Source: Acidimicrobiales bacterium (lineage in GTDB: Bacteria > Actinomycetota > Acidimicrobiia > Acidimicrobiales > Ilumatobacteraceae). From it: DNA of 64,000 nt. Below, piece after piece: positions 26,466 to 35,281 of the stretch. The stretch covers positions 9,894 through 73,893 of the forward strand of contig JAOBWO010000169.1 in assembly GCA_025463415.1 (NCBI GenBank). Direction: 5' to 3'. The position numbers were made by a program, and so were the translations under genes. Below the pieces are notes generated by a model. That model worked only from the letters and a program-made list of their open reading frames with translations. It was not told the DNA's origin and made no database searches. The stretch's first letter is position 1. Every line of letters starts with the position of its first letter.

Positions 26466-26549
26466 CGATCGGAACCTGCACAACCACATTCCCGCTGATT
26501 TGCTGCCCGCGCCGTCGGACCGCTAAGAAATCGCTACGCTGGTGGAGCG

Positions 26550-27146
26550 ATGACGGCCCCAGCTGTGTCCCGTGCGGAGCGAGTCCGCGAGCAGGTGCTC
26601 GACGCCACAGTCGAGCTCGTTGCCGCGGTCGGGGTCGAGCGGCTGTCGATCGACGAGGTGGCCAATCGGTCCGGCGTCGCCAAGTCCACGATCTACCGCC
26701 ACTTCCCGAGCAAGCAGGTCCTCGTCGTCGAGGCCGTGCACGCCTGCACGTCCATCCCGATGGTGACCGACAGCGGCTCGTTGCGAGAGGACCTGATCTC
26801 CTGCTTCAGCGGGATGACCAAGGCGTCCTACGAAGGCCGCCTGGGCGACATGATGCTGTCGCTGATGGACGCCGCGCAGCGCGACCCGGAGCTCAACCGT
26901 CTGGTCCGCGCCCAGACCGATCAGAAGCGACGCTTCGCGACCGAGGTGCTGGAGCGAGCGATCGCACGCGGCGAGGTGCCGGCCGATCTCGACGTCGATC
27001 TCACGGTCACCCTGCTGTCCGGACCCCTCGTCTACACCAAGCTCGTCCGGCGCCTGCCGCTGACGAACGAGCTCATCGCCGCAGTGGTCGACAGCGTGCT
27101 CGCCGGCAGCGACGTCGGCGTCGCCGGAGGGCGCCGCACGACCTGA
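26550..27146 (+). CDS. TetR-family transcriptional regulator
   Basis: HTH is LSIDEVANRSGVAKSTIYRHFPSKQVLV. 198 aa. Confidence 0.9.
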   Translation: MTAPAVSRAERVREQVLDATVELVAAVGVERLSIDEVANRSGVAKSTIYRHFPSKQVLVVEAVHACTSIPMVTDSGSLREDLISCFSGMTKASYEGRLGDMMLSLMDAAQRDPELNRLVRAQTDQKRRFATEVLERAIARGEVPADLDVDLTVTLLSGPLVYTKLVRRLPLTNELIAAVVDSVLAGSDVGVAGGRRTT

Positions 27147-28067
27147 TCAGACCGGCCGGTCGCCGACGATGGTGATCCGCTCCATCACGCGGGTCTGCGG
27201 GAAGTAGTCCGACGTCGCATAGTGCTGCGTCGAGCGGTTGTCCCAGAACGCGACGTCGCCCGTCTGCCAGTGGAACCGGCACTGGAACTCCGGGTACGCG
27301 GCGCGCAGGTAGAGGTGGTCGAGCAGATCGCGGCTCTCCTCCGGGTCCATGCCGACGATGTGCTGGGTGAACGCCTGGTTGACGTACAGCGTCTTGCGGC
27401 CGGTCTCGGGATGGGTGCGCACGACCGGGTGGTGGACCGCCGGGAAGTCGGGCCGCAGCGCGTCTCGGGTGGCTGCGTCCATGCCCCGACCGAAGCTGTT
27501 GATCCAGTCGTGCTCGGCGACGAGGCCGTCGATCCGCTCCTTCGTGGCATCGCTGAGCCCGTCGTACGCAGCCCCCATGTCTGCCCAGAGCGTGTCGCCG
27601 CCGACCGCGGGCACCTCGATCGCGCGCAGGATCGAGCCGAGCGACGGGGTGAGACGCCAGGTGACGTCGCTGTGCCAGGTGTTCTCGAAGCCGCCCATCT
27701 TCGGGCCCTTGGCCAGACGGACGACTTCGGGCATGTCCTCCGGTTGATCGCTGCGGTGCTTGATGAACGGATGGCTCTCCAGCGCGCCCCAGTTCGACGC
27801 GAAGGTCGCGTGCTCGGCCGGGGTGACGTGCTGGTCGCGGAAGAAGAGCACCTTCCACTCGAGCAGCGCCCGGTTGAGCTCGCCGAACAGCTCCGCGTCG
27901 ACTGCCTCAGCCATCGACACTCCACTGACCACCGCGCCGATCGTCGGCGACATCGGCTGCAGCGTGAACCGCGTGTACGGAAGGTCCTGCCAGTCGGCCG
28001 GCGTACGGACGAGCTGATGCGGGCCGGGGTGGAAGACCGTGGACGGTTCGGCGATCGTGATGCTCAT
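27147..28067 (-). CDS. TauD/TfdA-family Fe(II)/2-oxoglutarate dioxygenase
   Basis: WHSDVTWRLTPSLGSILRAIEVPAVGGDTLWADM (HxD facial triad region), ...HPVVRTHPETGRKTLYVN... and WDNRSTQHYA. Confidence 0.9.
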   Translation of the reverse strand: MSITIAEPSTVFHPGPHQLVRTPADWQDLPYTRFTLQPMSPTIGAVVSGVSMAEAVDAELFGELNRALLEWKVLFFRDQHVTPAEHATFASNWGALESHPFIKHRSDQPEDMPEVVRLAKGPKMGGFENTWHSDVTWRLTPSLGSILRAIEVPAVGGDTLWADMGAAYDGLSDATKERIDGLVAEHDWINSFGRGMDAATRDALRPDFPAVHHPVVRTHPETGRKTLYVNQAFTQHIVGMDPEESRDLLDHLYLRAAYPEFQCRFHWQTGDVAFWDNRSTQHYATSDYFPQTRVMERITIVGDRPV

Positions 28068-28759
28068 GCGTGCACTCCTCTGAGTGGTGATGTGCGAACC
28101 GGCGCGCCGAGCAGCGCGACGGCAGTCGAGACGAGATCAGCGGTGAGGTCCTGTTGCGACAGGCGCGGCGTGCCGCGGTGGCGGGACCACTCCCAGCCGG
28201 CGATGGTGCCGACCACCAACGTGAGCAACTGGTCGATGCGGCTGCGGCGAACGCCGTCGGGCAGATCCTGGAGCAGCGCGACGATGCGCTGCTCGGTCTC
28301 GAGGATGCTGTGCGCCGCGGGCAGGTGGGCAACGACGTCCCACGCCATCGTGTCCCACCGGGTGCGGGCGAGGAACCGGCCGTACCACCCGTCGGCTTCG
28401 GCGACGATCTCGACCAGTGGTGCGACGACGGCCGCGACGAGCGCGCGGAGGTCGTGGGGCCGGCCCTCGGCATCGAGCCCGGCGAGACGCAAGCGACGGC
28501 GCTCGTCGACCAGGCGCATGCGGGCTTCGTAGACCGCGATGACCAGACCCCTGCGGTCGCCGAAGTGGTACTGCGCCGCCGAGTGGTTGCGCTGTCCGGC
28601 GGCCGCGCTGACGTCGCGCAGGGACACGCCTTCGATCCCTCGCTCAGCGAACAGCCGCTCGGCGTGCTCGATGAGCGCTTGTCGCGCTGGTTCGCCCGAA
28701 CGTGCCACGCCGTGATCGTAAGACGATCGGCTTAGATTGTCAACGGCCGATTGCGGCAT
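28064..28759 (-). CDS. TetR-family transcriptional regulator
   Basis: HTH is VSLRDVSAAAGQRNHSAAQYHFGDRRGLV. Its stop overlaps the TauD start (ATGA at 28064-28067). The start is uncertain (28759 ATG, 28708 GTG or 28813). Confidence 0.8.
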   Translation of the reverse strand: MPQSAVDNLSRSSYDHGVARSGEPARQALIEHAERLFAERGIEGVSLRDVSAAAGQRNHSAAQYHFGDRRGLVIAVYEARMRLVDERRRLRLAGLDAEGRPHDLRALVAAVVAPLVEIVAEADGWYGRFLARTRWDTMAWDVVAHLPAAHSILETEQRIVALLQDLPDGVRRSRIDQLLTLVVGTIAGWEWSRHRGTPRLSQQDLTADLVSTAVALLGAPVRTSPLRGVHA

Positions 28760-28816
28760 CCACGAAGTGTGGCTACCCACCCTGGCGGCACGGAACACGT
28801 TCGGTACCATCACGGC

Positions 28817-29494
28817 GTGGCGATCCGTCTGCTGTTGGCAGAAGACAACGTGCTGTTGCGCGAGGGGTTGGCCCGTCTGTTCGCCCAGGCAGAGGACATC
28901 GACCTGATCGGAACGTGCGGTTCGTACGACGATCTCATCGCCCTCGTCGACGCCGAGTCACCCGATGTGGTGCTGACCGACATCCGCATGCCACCGACCT
29001 TCACCGACGAGGGCATCCAGGCGGCACGGTGGATGCGCGAGCACCACCCGCGAATCGGCGTGGTGGTGCTGTCGCAGTACGCGACGCCCGGCTACGCGCA
29101 TGCGCTGTTCGAGGATGGCTCCGACGGACGCGCCTACCTGCTGAAGGACCGTGTGGCCGATGTCGACGAGGTCCTGTTCGCGATCGAAGCGGTCGCCAAC
29201 GGTGGCTCGGTGGTGGACCCGAAGATCGTCGAGGAGCTGGTGTCGGCTCGGGCACGGAAGCCGCGCTCTCCGATCGATCAGCTGACGAACCGCGAACGCG
29301 AGATCCTGGCGGAGATCGCTTCGGGCAAGTCGAACATCGCGATCGCCAACACGCTGTTCCTCTCGGCACGCGCGATCGAGAAGCACTCGAACTCGATCTT
29401 CTCCAAGCTCGGCCTCTCGGAGGAACCCGATCTCAACCGTCGCGTCAAAGCCGTGCTGCTCTACCTCGCCGCCGAGCGAGGTGCTCCGAGATGA
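28817..29494 (+). CDS. NarL/LuxR-family response regulator
   Basis: REC is IRLLLAEDNVLLREGL...DVVLTDIRMPPTFTDEG...VVVLSQY. HTH is LTNREREILAEIASGKSNIAIANTLFLSARAIEKHSNSIFSKLG. GTG start at 28817. Confidence 0.9.
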   Translation: MAIRLLLAEDNVLLREGLARLFAQAEDIDLIGTCGSYDDLIALVDAESPDVVLTDIRMPPTFTDEGIQAARWMREHHPRIGVVVLSQYATPGYAHALFEDGSDGRAYLLKDRVADVDEVLFAIEAVANGGSVVDPKIVEELVSARARKPRSPIDQLTNREREILAEIASGKSNIAIANTLFLSARAIEKHSNSIFSKLGLSEEPDLNRRVKAVLLYLAAERGAPR

Positions 29495-29904
29495 GTGAGT
29501 CGCCGAACACCGTGTCCGGAAACGTCACCGTGCTCGTGGTCGATGATCAGGCGCCGTTCCGCGCGGCTGCTCGGGCCGTGGTCGATCGCCTGGCGGGGTT
29601 CGAGATCGTCGCCGAAGCGGAGTCCGGAGAGTCGGCGATCGAGATGGTCGACGCCCTGCATCCCCAGGTGATCCTGATGGACATCAACATGGGCGGCATC
29701 GACGGCATCGAGGCCACCACGCGGATCGCCGGCAAGCACCCGCAGACCATGATCGTGCTGCTGTCGACGTACGAGCTCGGTGATCTCCCGCCCAGCGCGC
29801 GCACGTCCGGCGCGTCGGCCTACGTCAACAAGGACGAGTTCGGCGGGCGGATCCTGCGCACGCTGTGGGAGAACGCAGGCGATCCCACCTTCCGCCCCGG
29901 CTGA
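29491..29904 (+). CDS. stand-alone receiver (CheY-like) protein
   Basis: VTVLVVDDQAPFR...QVILMDINMGGIDGIEAT...IVLLSTY. 137 aa with no output domain. ATGA overlap with the preceding regulator. Confidence 0.85.
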   Translation: MSESPNTVSGNVTVLVVDDQAPFRAAARAVVDRLAGFEIVAEAESGESAIEMVDALHPQVILMDINMGGIDGIEATTRIAGKHPQTMIVLLSTYELGDLPPSARTSGASAYVNKDEFGGRILRTLWENAGDPTFRPG

Positions 29905-29922
29905 ACCGAGGGAGCTGGACCC

Positions 29923-32373
29923 CTACTCGGCGCGCAAGGCCTCGACGAGTGGAGTCCTCGCGGCGCGGAACCCCGGCCACAACGACATCGCTGGCACGAT
30001 CACGAGCACACCAACGACGGCCGCAGCGATCCACCGTCCTGGCAGCGCGGGACCGGAGGCGAGACCGACATCGCGGACGAGGAGGCCCCACGACCCGCGC
30101 CCGGCCACGATCCCGATCGGCACGCCGATCGCCACGGCGGTGATGGCGACGAGCATCGAGCGACACACGATCGAACCGATGACCTGCGTGCTCGTGAAGC
30201 CGAGGCTGCGCAGCACGGCGAGCTCTCGTCGTCGACGACGGACGCTCGTCACCAGTGCATGGCCGACTGCGGCAAGGGCGAGGGCAACGATCAGCCAGGC
30301 GACGATCCACGGCGACGAGGCCACGTGATCGAGGTTGCGCAGATCGTCCTGCCGCCCGGGCAGCACCACTGCCGAGCCGTAGGTCTTGACGAGGTGATCG
30401 ATCACCTCGGTTTGCGACATCGACCGGTTCGTGCGCACAACGAGGTACGGCGACCCGGCTGTGTCGATCCGGCTGCGAACCGCTTCGGTGACGATCACGC
30501 CGTTGCCGGGTCCGACGCTGGGATCGACTGCGCCGACGAGCACCTCGCCGACCACGGTGAACGGACCGACGGAGCCAGGCGCGCTGCCGTTCGAATCGTC
30601 GCCCAGGAGCGTGGGCAAGTCGGACAGCGTGGCACCGATGTGCAGGCCCATAGCGCGCATGGTGAGTGGGCCCATCGCGACCTCGTCGTCGGCGGTCGGA
30701 ATCCGGCCGCTGACGATCGTCGGTGCCATCGACCCACGTTGGGGCTGCAGGCTCACCGCCCAGAACGTGGGAACGCCGGTCAGCTGGAATGGCCCGCTGG
30801 CGGTGACGAGGGCGAGATCGGTCAGGTACGGATCCCGCTTCGCCGCCGCCACTCCTTCGACGACAGAGGCAGGATCCCCGACGGTGGCAACGGCGTAATC
30901 CCACGGCGCGCCGTATCGCGCCGAGTCCGCCTCGACGCGCTCCAGGCTGCCGACCATGATCGCCGCCGTCACGACGCTTGCGACGCCGACGGTGATGCCG
31001 ACCACGGCGATGACCAGGCCGCGCACGTAACCACGGATCCCGACCCGCAACGACGCGGAGCCGATGCTCGCGCTGAGCGCGCCCGATCGAGGACGTCGGC
31101 CCACTCTCGGGCGGTCGCGAACCGTGAAGGCAGTTGCCAGCGCCACCATCGCCGACAGGGCAATCACCAGGAGGGCGGCACCACCGAGCACCACGGTCGC
31201 ATCGAATCGGAAGCCTGGCTGGACCTCGGCCCGGCCCGCGATCCCGGTCGGGCCGCTCGACGACAGCACGAGCGCGCCGACGACCGACATCACCGTGGCT
31301 CCGATCACGACGGGCGAGAACCGGATCGCGGCCACGACGAACGGGAGCCGCCGCCCCGAGCCCATCGCCACCACGATCGCCCGGTCGCTGAGCTCGCGGC
31401 GGATCTGGCGGAGGAGCGTCTGGCCGACGAAGAGCAGGCCGGCCAGCAGCAGGATCACCGCGACCAGTTCGAACGAGTAGCCCTGGAGGGACGTGGAGCG
31501 CCGCAGCGCCGTGAACCGTGGCGAGTCCTCGTAGGCGGTCAGCAGCACGGCCCAACCCGGCAACGATCGAGCGAGATCCGCGCGCACGTCGTCGAGCGTG
31601 GATCCGGCCGCCAGTGTGAAGTTGGTCGTGACGAACGAGCTCGTCCCGGCGCCGTGCGCGACGTACCAGGCCCTGCTGACCATGATCCCGAACGCGGGCA
31701 ACGTCAGCTCGACGCCGGGAGGCCGGTCGAGCTGCGGCACGAGGTCGGACTCACTCCGCGTGATGCCCACCACCCGAACGGTCGTGTGGACGTCGCACCG
31801 GTCGTCACCCGTGGGGCTCGGCGCACAGGCATCGACCTCGAGCGAGTCACCGGTGCGGACGCCGAGGATCTCGGCCGCCCGTTCGGACATCGACACGGCT
31901 CCGGGATCTTCGGGATCGGGAACGTGGCCGCTGATGAAGTAGCCGTTGCCGATGACGCCATCCGTGTCGAGGAGTGTTCCCGCATCGGTCGTGCGCGTGC
32001 CCCCCTTGGCTCCGGTGACCGCGACCGTGGCTGACGCGTAGACGCGTCCCGAGACCTGATGCGGAGAGGTCTTCAGTGCGGCGAAGGCCGTCAGGTTGTT
32101 CGCCGGCGCGAAGCAATCGGTCGGGTCCACCTCCGGATCGACGCCCGGAGGGCATGTCTGCAGGGTGCTGTCCGGCAGCGGCAGTGCCGCGATTCGACGC
32201 GGGATCACGGTGTCGGCGCGCCGCGAGTACTCCCACGACGTGAGCACCGCCGTGCCGACCAGCCCGGCGAACACCGCGAGGAAGATCGTTGCCAGGCGCG
32301 ATCGGCGCAGGATCGAGCGCGCCCACAGCACCGCCGCAGGGTTGGCGCCAGGGTTCATGACGCGACCGCTCAC
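29923..32373 (-). CDS. ABC transporter permease with two FtsX domains (MacB-type fused permease)
   Basis: 816 aa. An N-terminal TM and large ectodomain are followed by FtsX-like 3-TM blocks twice. The C-terminus ...LRSLGFTSTQVIG...WPGFRAARTPLVEALRAE is typical. 4-nt overlap with the kinase gene stop. Confidence 0.85.
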   Translation of the reverse strand: MSGRVMNPGANPAAVLWARSILRRSRLATIFLAVFAGLVGTAVLTSWEYSRRADTVIPRRIAALPLPDSTLQTCPPGVDPEVDPTDCFAPANNLTAFAALKTSPHQVSGRVYASATVAVTGAKGGTRTTDAGTLLDTDGVIGNGYFISGHVPDPEDPGAVSMSERAAEILGVRTGDSLEVDACAPSPTGDDRCDVHTTVRVVGITRSESDLVPQLDRPPGVELTLPAFGIMVSRAWYVAHGAGTSSFVTTNFTLAAGSTLDDVRADLARSLPGWAVLLTAYEDSPRFTALRRSTSLQGYSFELVAVILLLAGLLFVGQTLLRQIRRELSDRAIVVAMGSGRRLPFVVAAIRFSPVVIGATVMSVVGALVLSSSGPTGIAGRAEVQPGFRFDATVVLGGAALLVIALSAMVALATAFTVRDRPRVGRRPRSGALSASIGSASLRVGIRGYVRGLVIAVVGITVGVASVVTAAIMVGSLERVEADSARYGAPWDYAVATVGDPASVVEGVAAAKRDPYLTDLALVTASGPFQLTGVPTFWAVSLQPQRGSMAPTIVSGRIPTADDEVAMGPLTMRAMGLHIGATLSDLPTLLGDDSNGSAPGSVGPFTVVGEVLVGAVDPSVGPGNGVIVTEAVRSRIDTAGSPYLVVRTNRSMSQTEVIDHLVKTYGSAVVLPGRQDDLRNLDHVASSPWIVAWLIVALALAAVGHALVTSVRRRRRELAVLRSLGFTSTQVIGSIVCRSMLVAITAVAIGVPIGIVAGRGSWGLLVRDVGLASGPALPGRWIAAAVVGVLVIVPAMSLWPGFRAARTPLVEALRAE

Positions 32374-34412
32374 GACAGCGGGATCTCGCCGTGGATGCTG
32401 GTGCCCGCTCCAGGGGCCGAGCGGACGGTCAGGTGACCGTGCACCGCACCCAGGCGGTCGGCCATGTTGACGAAGCCGTGGCCGCCGGCATCGAGCGGCC
32501 CGGGCGTGAAACCGGCGCCGTCGTCGGAGACGTCGAAAGTGAGCACGTTCCCGATCTCGCTGACGACGATCACGATCTCGGCATCGTCGCCGGCGTGCTT
32601 GCCGGCGTTCTGCATCGCCTCGAGGCAGCAGAAGTAGACGGTCGATTCGATCTCGGGCGTGTAGCGGCCGACACCGTCGGTCTCGACCGAGGTGTACAGC
32701 GCGGAGCGTCCGGCCGCCGCCGGCAACGCCTCGCGCAGGCCTCCCGACGAGAGCAGTGGCGGGAAGATGCCGTGGGCCAAAGCGCGCAGCTCCGCGATCG
32801 CGTCCTTGAGGTTGTCGCGGAGCTCCTCGATCACCTTCGTGGCCTCACCGGGATCGTCCTCGACGAGCTCTTCGGCGAGACGGAGCTTGACTGCCATCGC
32901 AACGAGGTGCTGCTGGGCGCCGTCGTGCAGGTTCCGCTCCAGCCGCCGCCGCTCGGCGTCGCCCGCGCTGACGATGCGCAGCCGTGATTGCTCGAGCTCG
33001 AGGTTGGTCTGTTGCAGCGCCTCGAGCGACGCCTGCAGCGCGGAGTCGAGCTGCACGTTGTGCAGCGCGAGGGCGACCTGGCGGGCGAGCTCGGTGAGGA
33101 CACGGTCGTCCTCGTCGTTGACGACACCGCTCGACGCATCGCGGGTCAGCACGACCAGCCCGAGCAACGCGCCGCCGTGCACGATGGGTGCCACCCTGGT
33201 GTTCGCACTGTTGTGCGGCGCCAGCTTCGGGATCCAGACGTCGAGCCATGTGCCACCCGAGACCCCGGCCCGTGCAACCACCTGCCGCTCCTTCACGCCG
33301 AGGACGACCGGCTCGGCGGTCCGGTGGGGAACGCCGGCCGCGAGCTCGTAGCGCCCGTCCGCGCCGGTGTAGATCTCAGCGGACACGAGCGACATCGATT
33401 TGCGCAGGGACTCCGTCAGCTGGAGCAACAGCTCGTCCAGTGGGATCGCGCGCGTCAATCGACTGCCCCACGTGCGAAGCGCATCGTCGGGCGCGGTGTT
33501 CTCGCCGTACACGAGCTGGTTGGCGGCGTCGGCGAGGCGGGTGCGCAGGGGCAGGAAGACCAGCGCGGCGATGAGCGCGGCCACCATCGAGAGGAGCAGG
33601 AGGGAACGCTCACTGCCGCGCAAGGAGTGGCCGTGAGCGACGACGACGGCGACGTACACAGCGATCACCAGTGCGGTGAGTCCCGCCAAGGCCACCGTCT
33701 GGGCCAGCAGCCGATCGACGCGCGCCACCATCCTCCCGTGGGTGCCGGCTGCCAGCGCGGCCGGGATGAGCACGGTGGCAGCGAGCACGACGGTCGCCGG
33801 GTGCGGGGGCCAGTCGACGAGCAACCGGAGCGCGACGACGGCCAACGACAGCTCGGCGACGACCGCGATCGCCCACGCGACCCAGTGCATCCGCCGTCGA
33901 TCGATGGCGTCGGTGGCGCGGTAGCGCCCGTTCGAGGCGGGGAGACCGATGCCCACGGCGGCGGCCCACAGCAGCACGAACACCCAGATGTCCGGACCGC
34001 TCCCGTCATGCGGAGTGATCAGGCCGCAAGTCCCGCCGACGACGTAGGCGACGAGGATCCACATCTGACGCGCCGTGGTCCCGATCCGTCCGTCCGGCAG
34101 CGTGACCACGAGGTGCAGCCCGACGGCCGGCAGCAGGCCGAGGACGAGGCGTGCGACCGTCGGATGGTCCCACGCATCGGCCAACATCGCGATGGCACCG
34201 AGACCGGCGCCCCCGAGCGCGATCGGGCCGAGTCGGTCGCTGCGCCGCCGGATGCCGACGAGCGTGCCGCCGGCGGCCCACGCCATCACGAGTGCGACGC
34301 GCACGACGTCGGTGGACCGAGCGGTGTCGAGGTGGATGATCGCGACGACTGCGGCGATCGACGCCAGCGGCGCGGTCAGCAGGCAGTACGCCGGGCGCAG
34401 TTCCGATGCCAA
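32370..34412 (-). CDS. multi-TM GAF-containing sensor histidine kinase (HisKA_3/NarX type)
   Basis: About 8 N-terminal TM segments and a GAF-like middle. H-box LERNLHDGAQQHLVAM, N-box YFCCLEAMQNAGKHA, G-box DDGAGF...GHGFVNMADRLGA. TTG start at 34410-34412, 1 nt after the ATPase stop. Confidence 0.85.
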   Translation of the reverse strand: MASELRPAYCLLTAPLASIAAVVAIIHLDTARSTDVVRVALVMAWAAGGTLVGIRRRSDRLGPIALGGAGLGAIAMLADAWDHPTVARLVLGLLPAVGLHLVVTLPDGRIGTTARQMWILVAYVVGGTCGLITPHDGSGPDIWVFVLLWAAAVGIGLPASNGRYRATDAIDRRRMHWVAWAIAVVAELSLAVVALRLLVDWPPHPATVVLAATVLIPAALAAGTHGRMVARVDRLLAQTVALAGLTALVIAVYVAVVVAHGHSLRGSERSLLLLSMVAALIAALVFLPLRTRLADAANQLVYGENTAPDDALRTWGSRLTRAIPLDELLLQLTESLRKSMSLVSAEIYTGADGRYELAAGVPHRTAEPVVLGVKERQVVARAGVSGGTWLDVWIPKLAPHNSANTRVAPIVHGGALLGLVVLTRDASSGVVNDEDDRVLTELARQVALALHNVQLDSALQASLEALQQTNLELEQSRLRIVSAGDAERRRLERNLHDGAQQHLVAMAVKLRLAEELVEDDPGEATKVIEELRDNLKDAIAELRALAHGIFPPLLSSGGLREALPAAAGRSALYTSVETDGVGRYTPEIESTVYFCCLEAMQNAGKHAGDDAEIVIVVSEIGNVLTFDVSDDGAGFTPGPLDAGGHGFVNMADRLGAVHGHLTVRSAPGAGTSIHGEIPLS

Positions 34413-34413
34413 C

Positions 34414-35142
34414 TCATTCGCTCGCGTTCACCGACACCGCGATGCCGGTGGCCCCGGCAGACCCATCGTCCACGACGCGTCCGTCGCGCATCCGCACGAG
34501 GCGCGACGCTGCATCGGCGACCGGCTGGTCGTGCGTGATCAACACGATCGTCTGACCGCTGTCGTCGTGGAGTCGACGGAACAGCTCGAGGATCTCGTCG
34601 CCGCCGTCCGAGTCCAGCGCACCGGTCGGTTCATCGGCCAGCAGCACCGTCGGACGGTTGGCGAGCGCACGCGCGATCGCGAGGCGCTGACGCTGCCCAC
34701 CCGACAGCGTGGTCGGCGCGGCCTTGGCCTTGTCGGGAAGGCCGAGCAGGTCGAGCAGGTCGCGTGCGCGGGTCTCGGCTGCCTTGCGCTTCACACCGGC
34801 GATGAGCGCAGGCATGACCACGTTCTCCTGAACGGTCATCCCCTCGAGCAGGTTGAAGAACTGGAAGACGATCCCGATGTGGGTGCGGCGCATCCGGGCG
34901 AGATCGTTGGCGTCCTTGCCGCGCAGCGACTCACCGGCCACGAAGACCTCGCCCTCGTCGGGCACGTCCAGCCCTGCGATCAGGTTGAGCAGCGTGCTCT
35001 TGCCACATCCGGACGGACCCATCACCGCGACGAACTCGCCGGCTGTGACCGTCAGATCGGCGCCGCGCAGCGCACGCACCGGCGCCACCTCGGCCTCGAA
35101 CGTGCGATACACAGCGCGCACCTCGACCGCTGTCTCCTTCAT
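34414..35142 (-). CDS. ABC transporter ATP-binding protein (MacB/LolD-like)
   Basis: Walker A GPSGCGKSTLLN, Q-loop FQFFNLL, signature LSGGQRQRLAIARAL, Walker B LLADEPTGALD. Start at MKETAVEV (ATG 35140-35142), with GGAG 8 nt upstream. Confidence 0.9.
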   Translation of the reverse strand: MKETAVEVRAVYRTFEAEVAPVRALRGADLTVTAGEFVAVMGPSGCGKSTLLNLIAGLDVPDEGEVFVAGESLRGKDANDLARMRRTHIGIVFQFFNLLEGMTVQENVVMPALIAGVKRKAAETRARDLLDLLGLPDKAKAAPTTLSGGQRQRLAIARALANRPTVLLADEPTGALDSDGGDEILELFRRLHDDSGQTIVLITHDQPVADAASRLVRMRDGRVVDDGSAGATGIAVSVNASE

Positions 35143-35281
35143 CGATTGCTCCACGGCAGTCTCCTCATCGCACGCACGTCCGGTCACGATCATCTCACCC
35201 TCTCTGCACCGTCTCGACAAGGGCGTTTCCCGCTCCGCTGAGGGAGGCTGGCACCACTCAGGGCCCGGATCATCCACCTGG

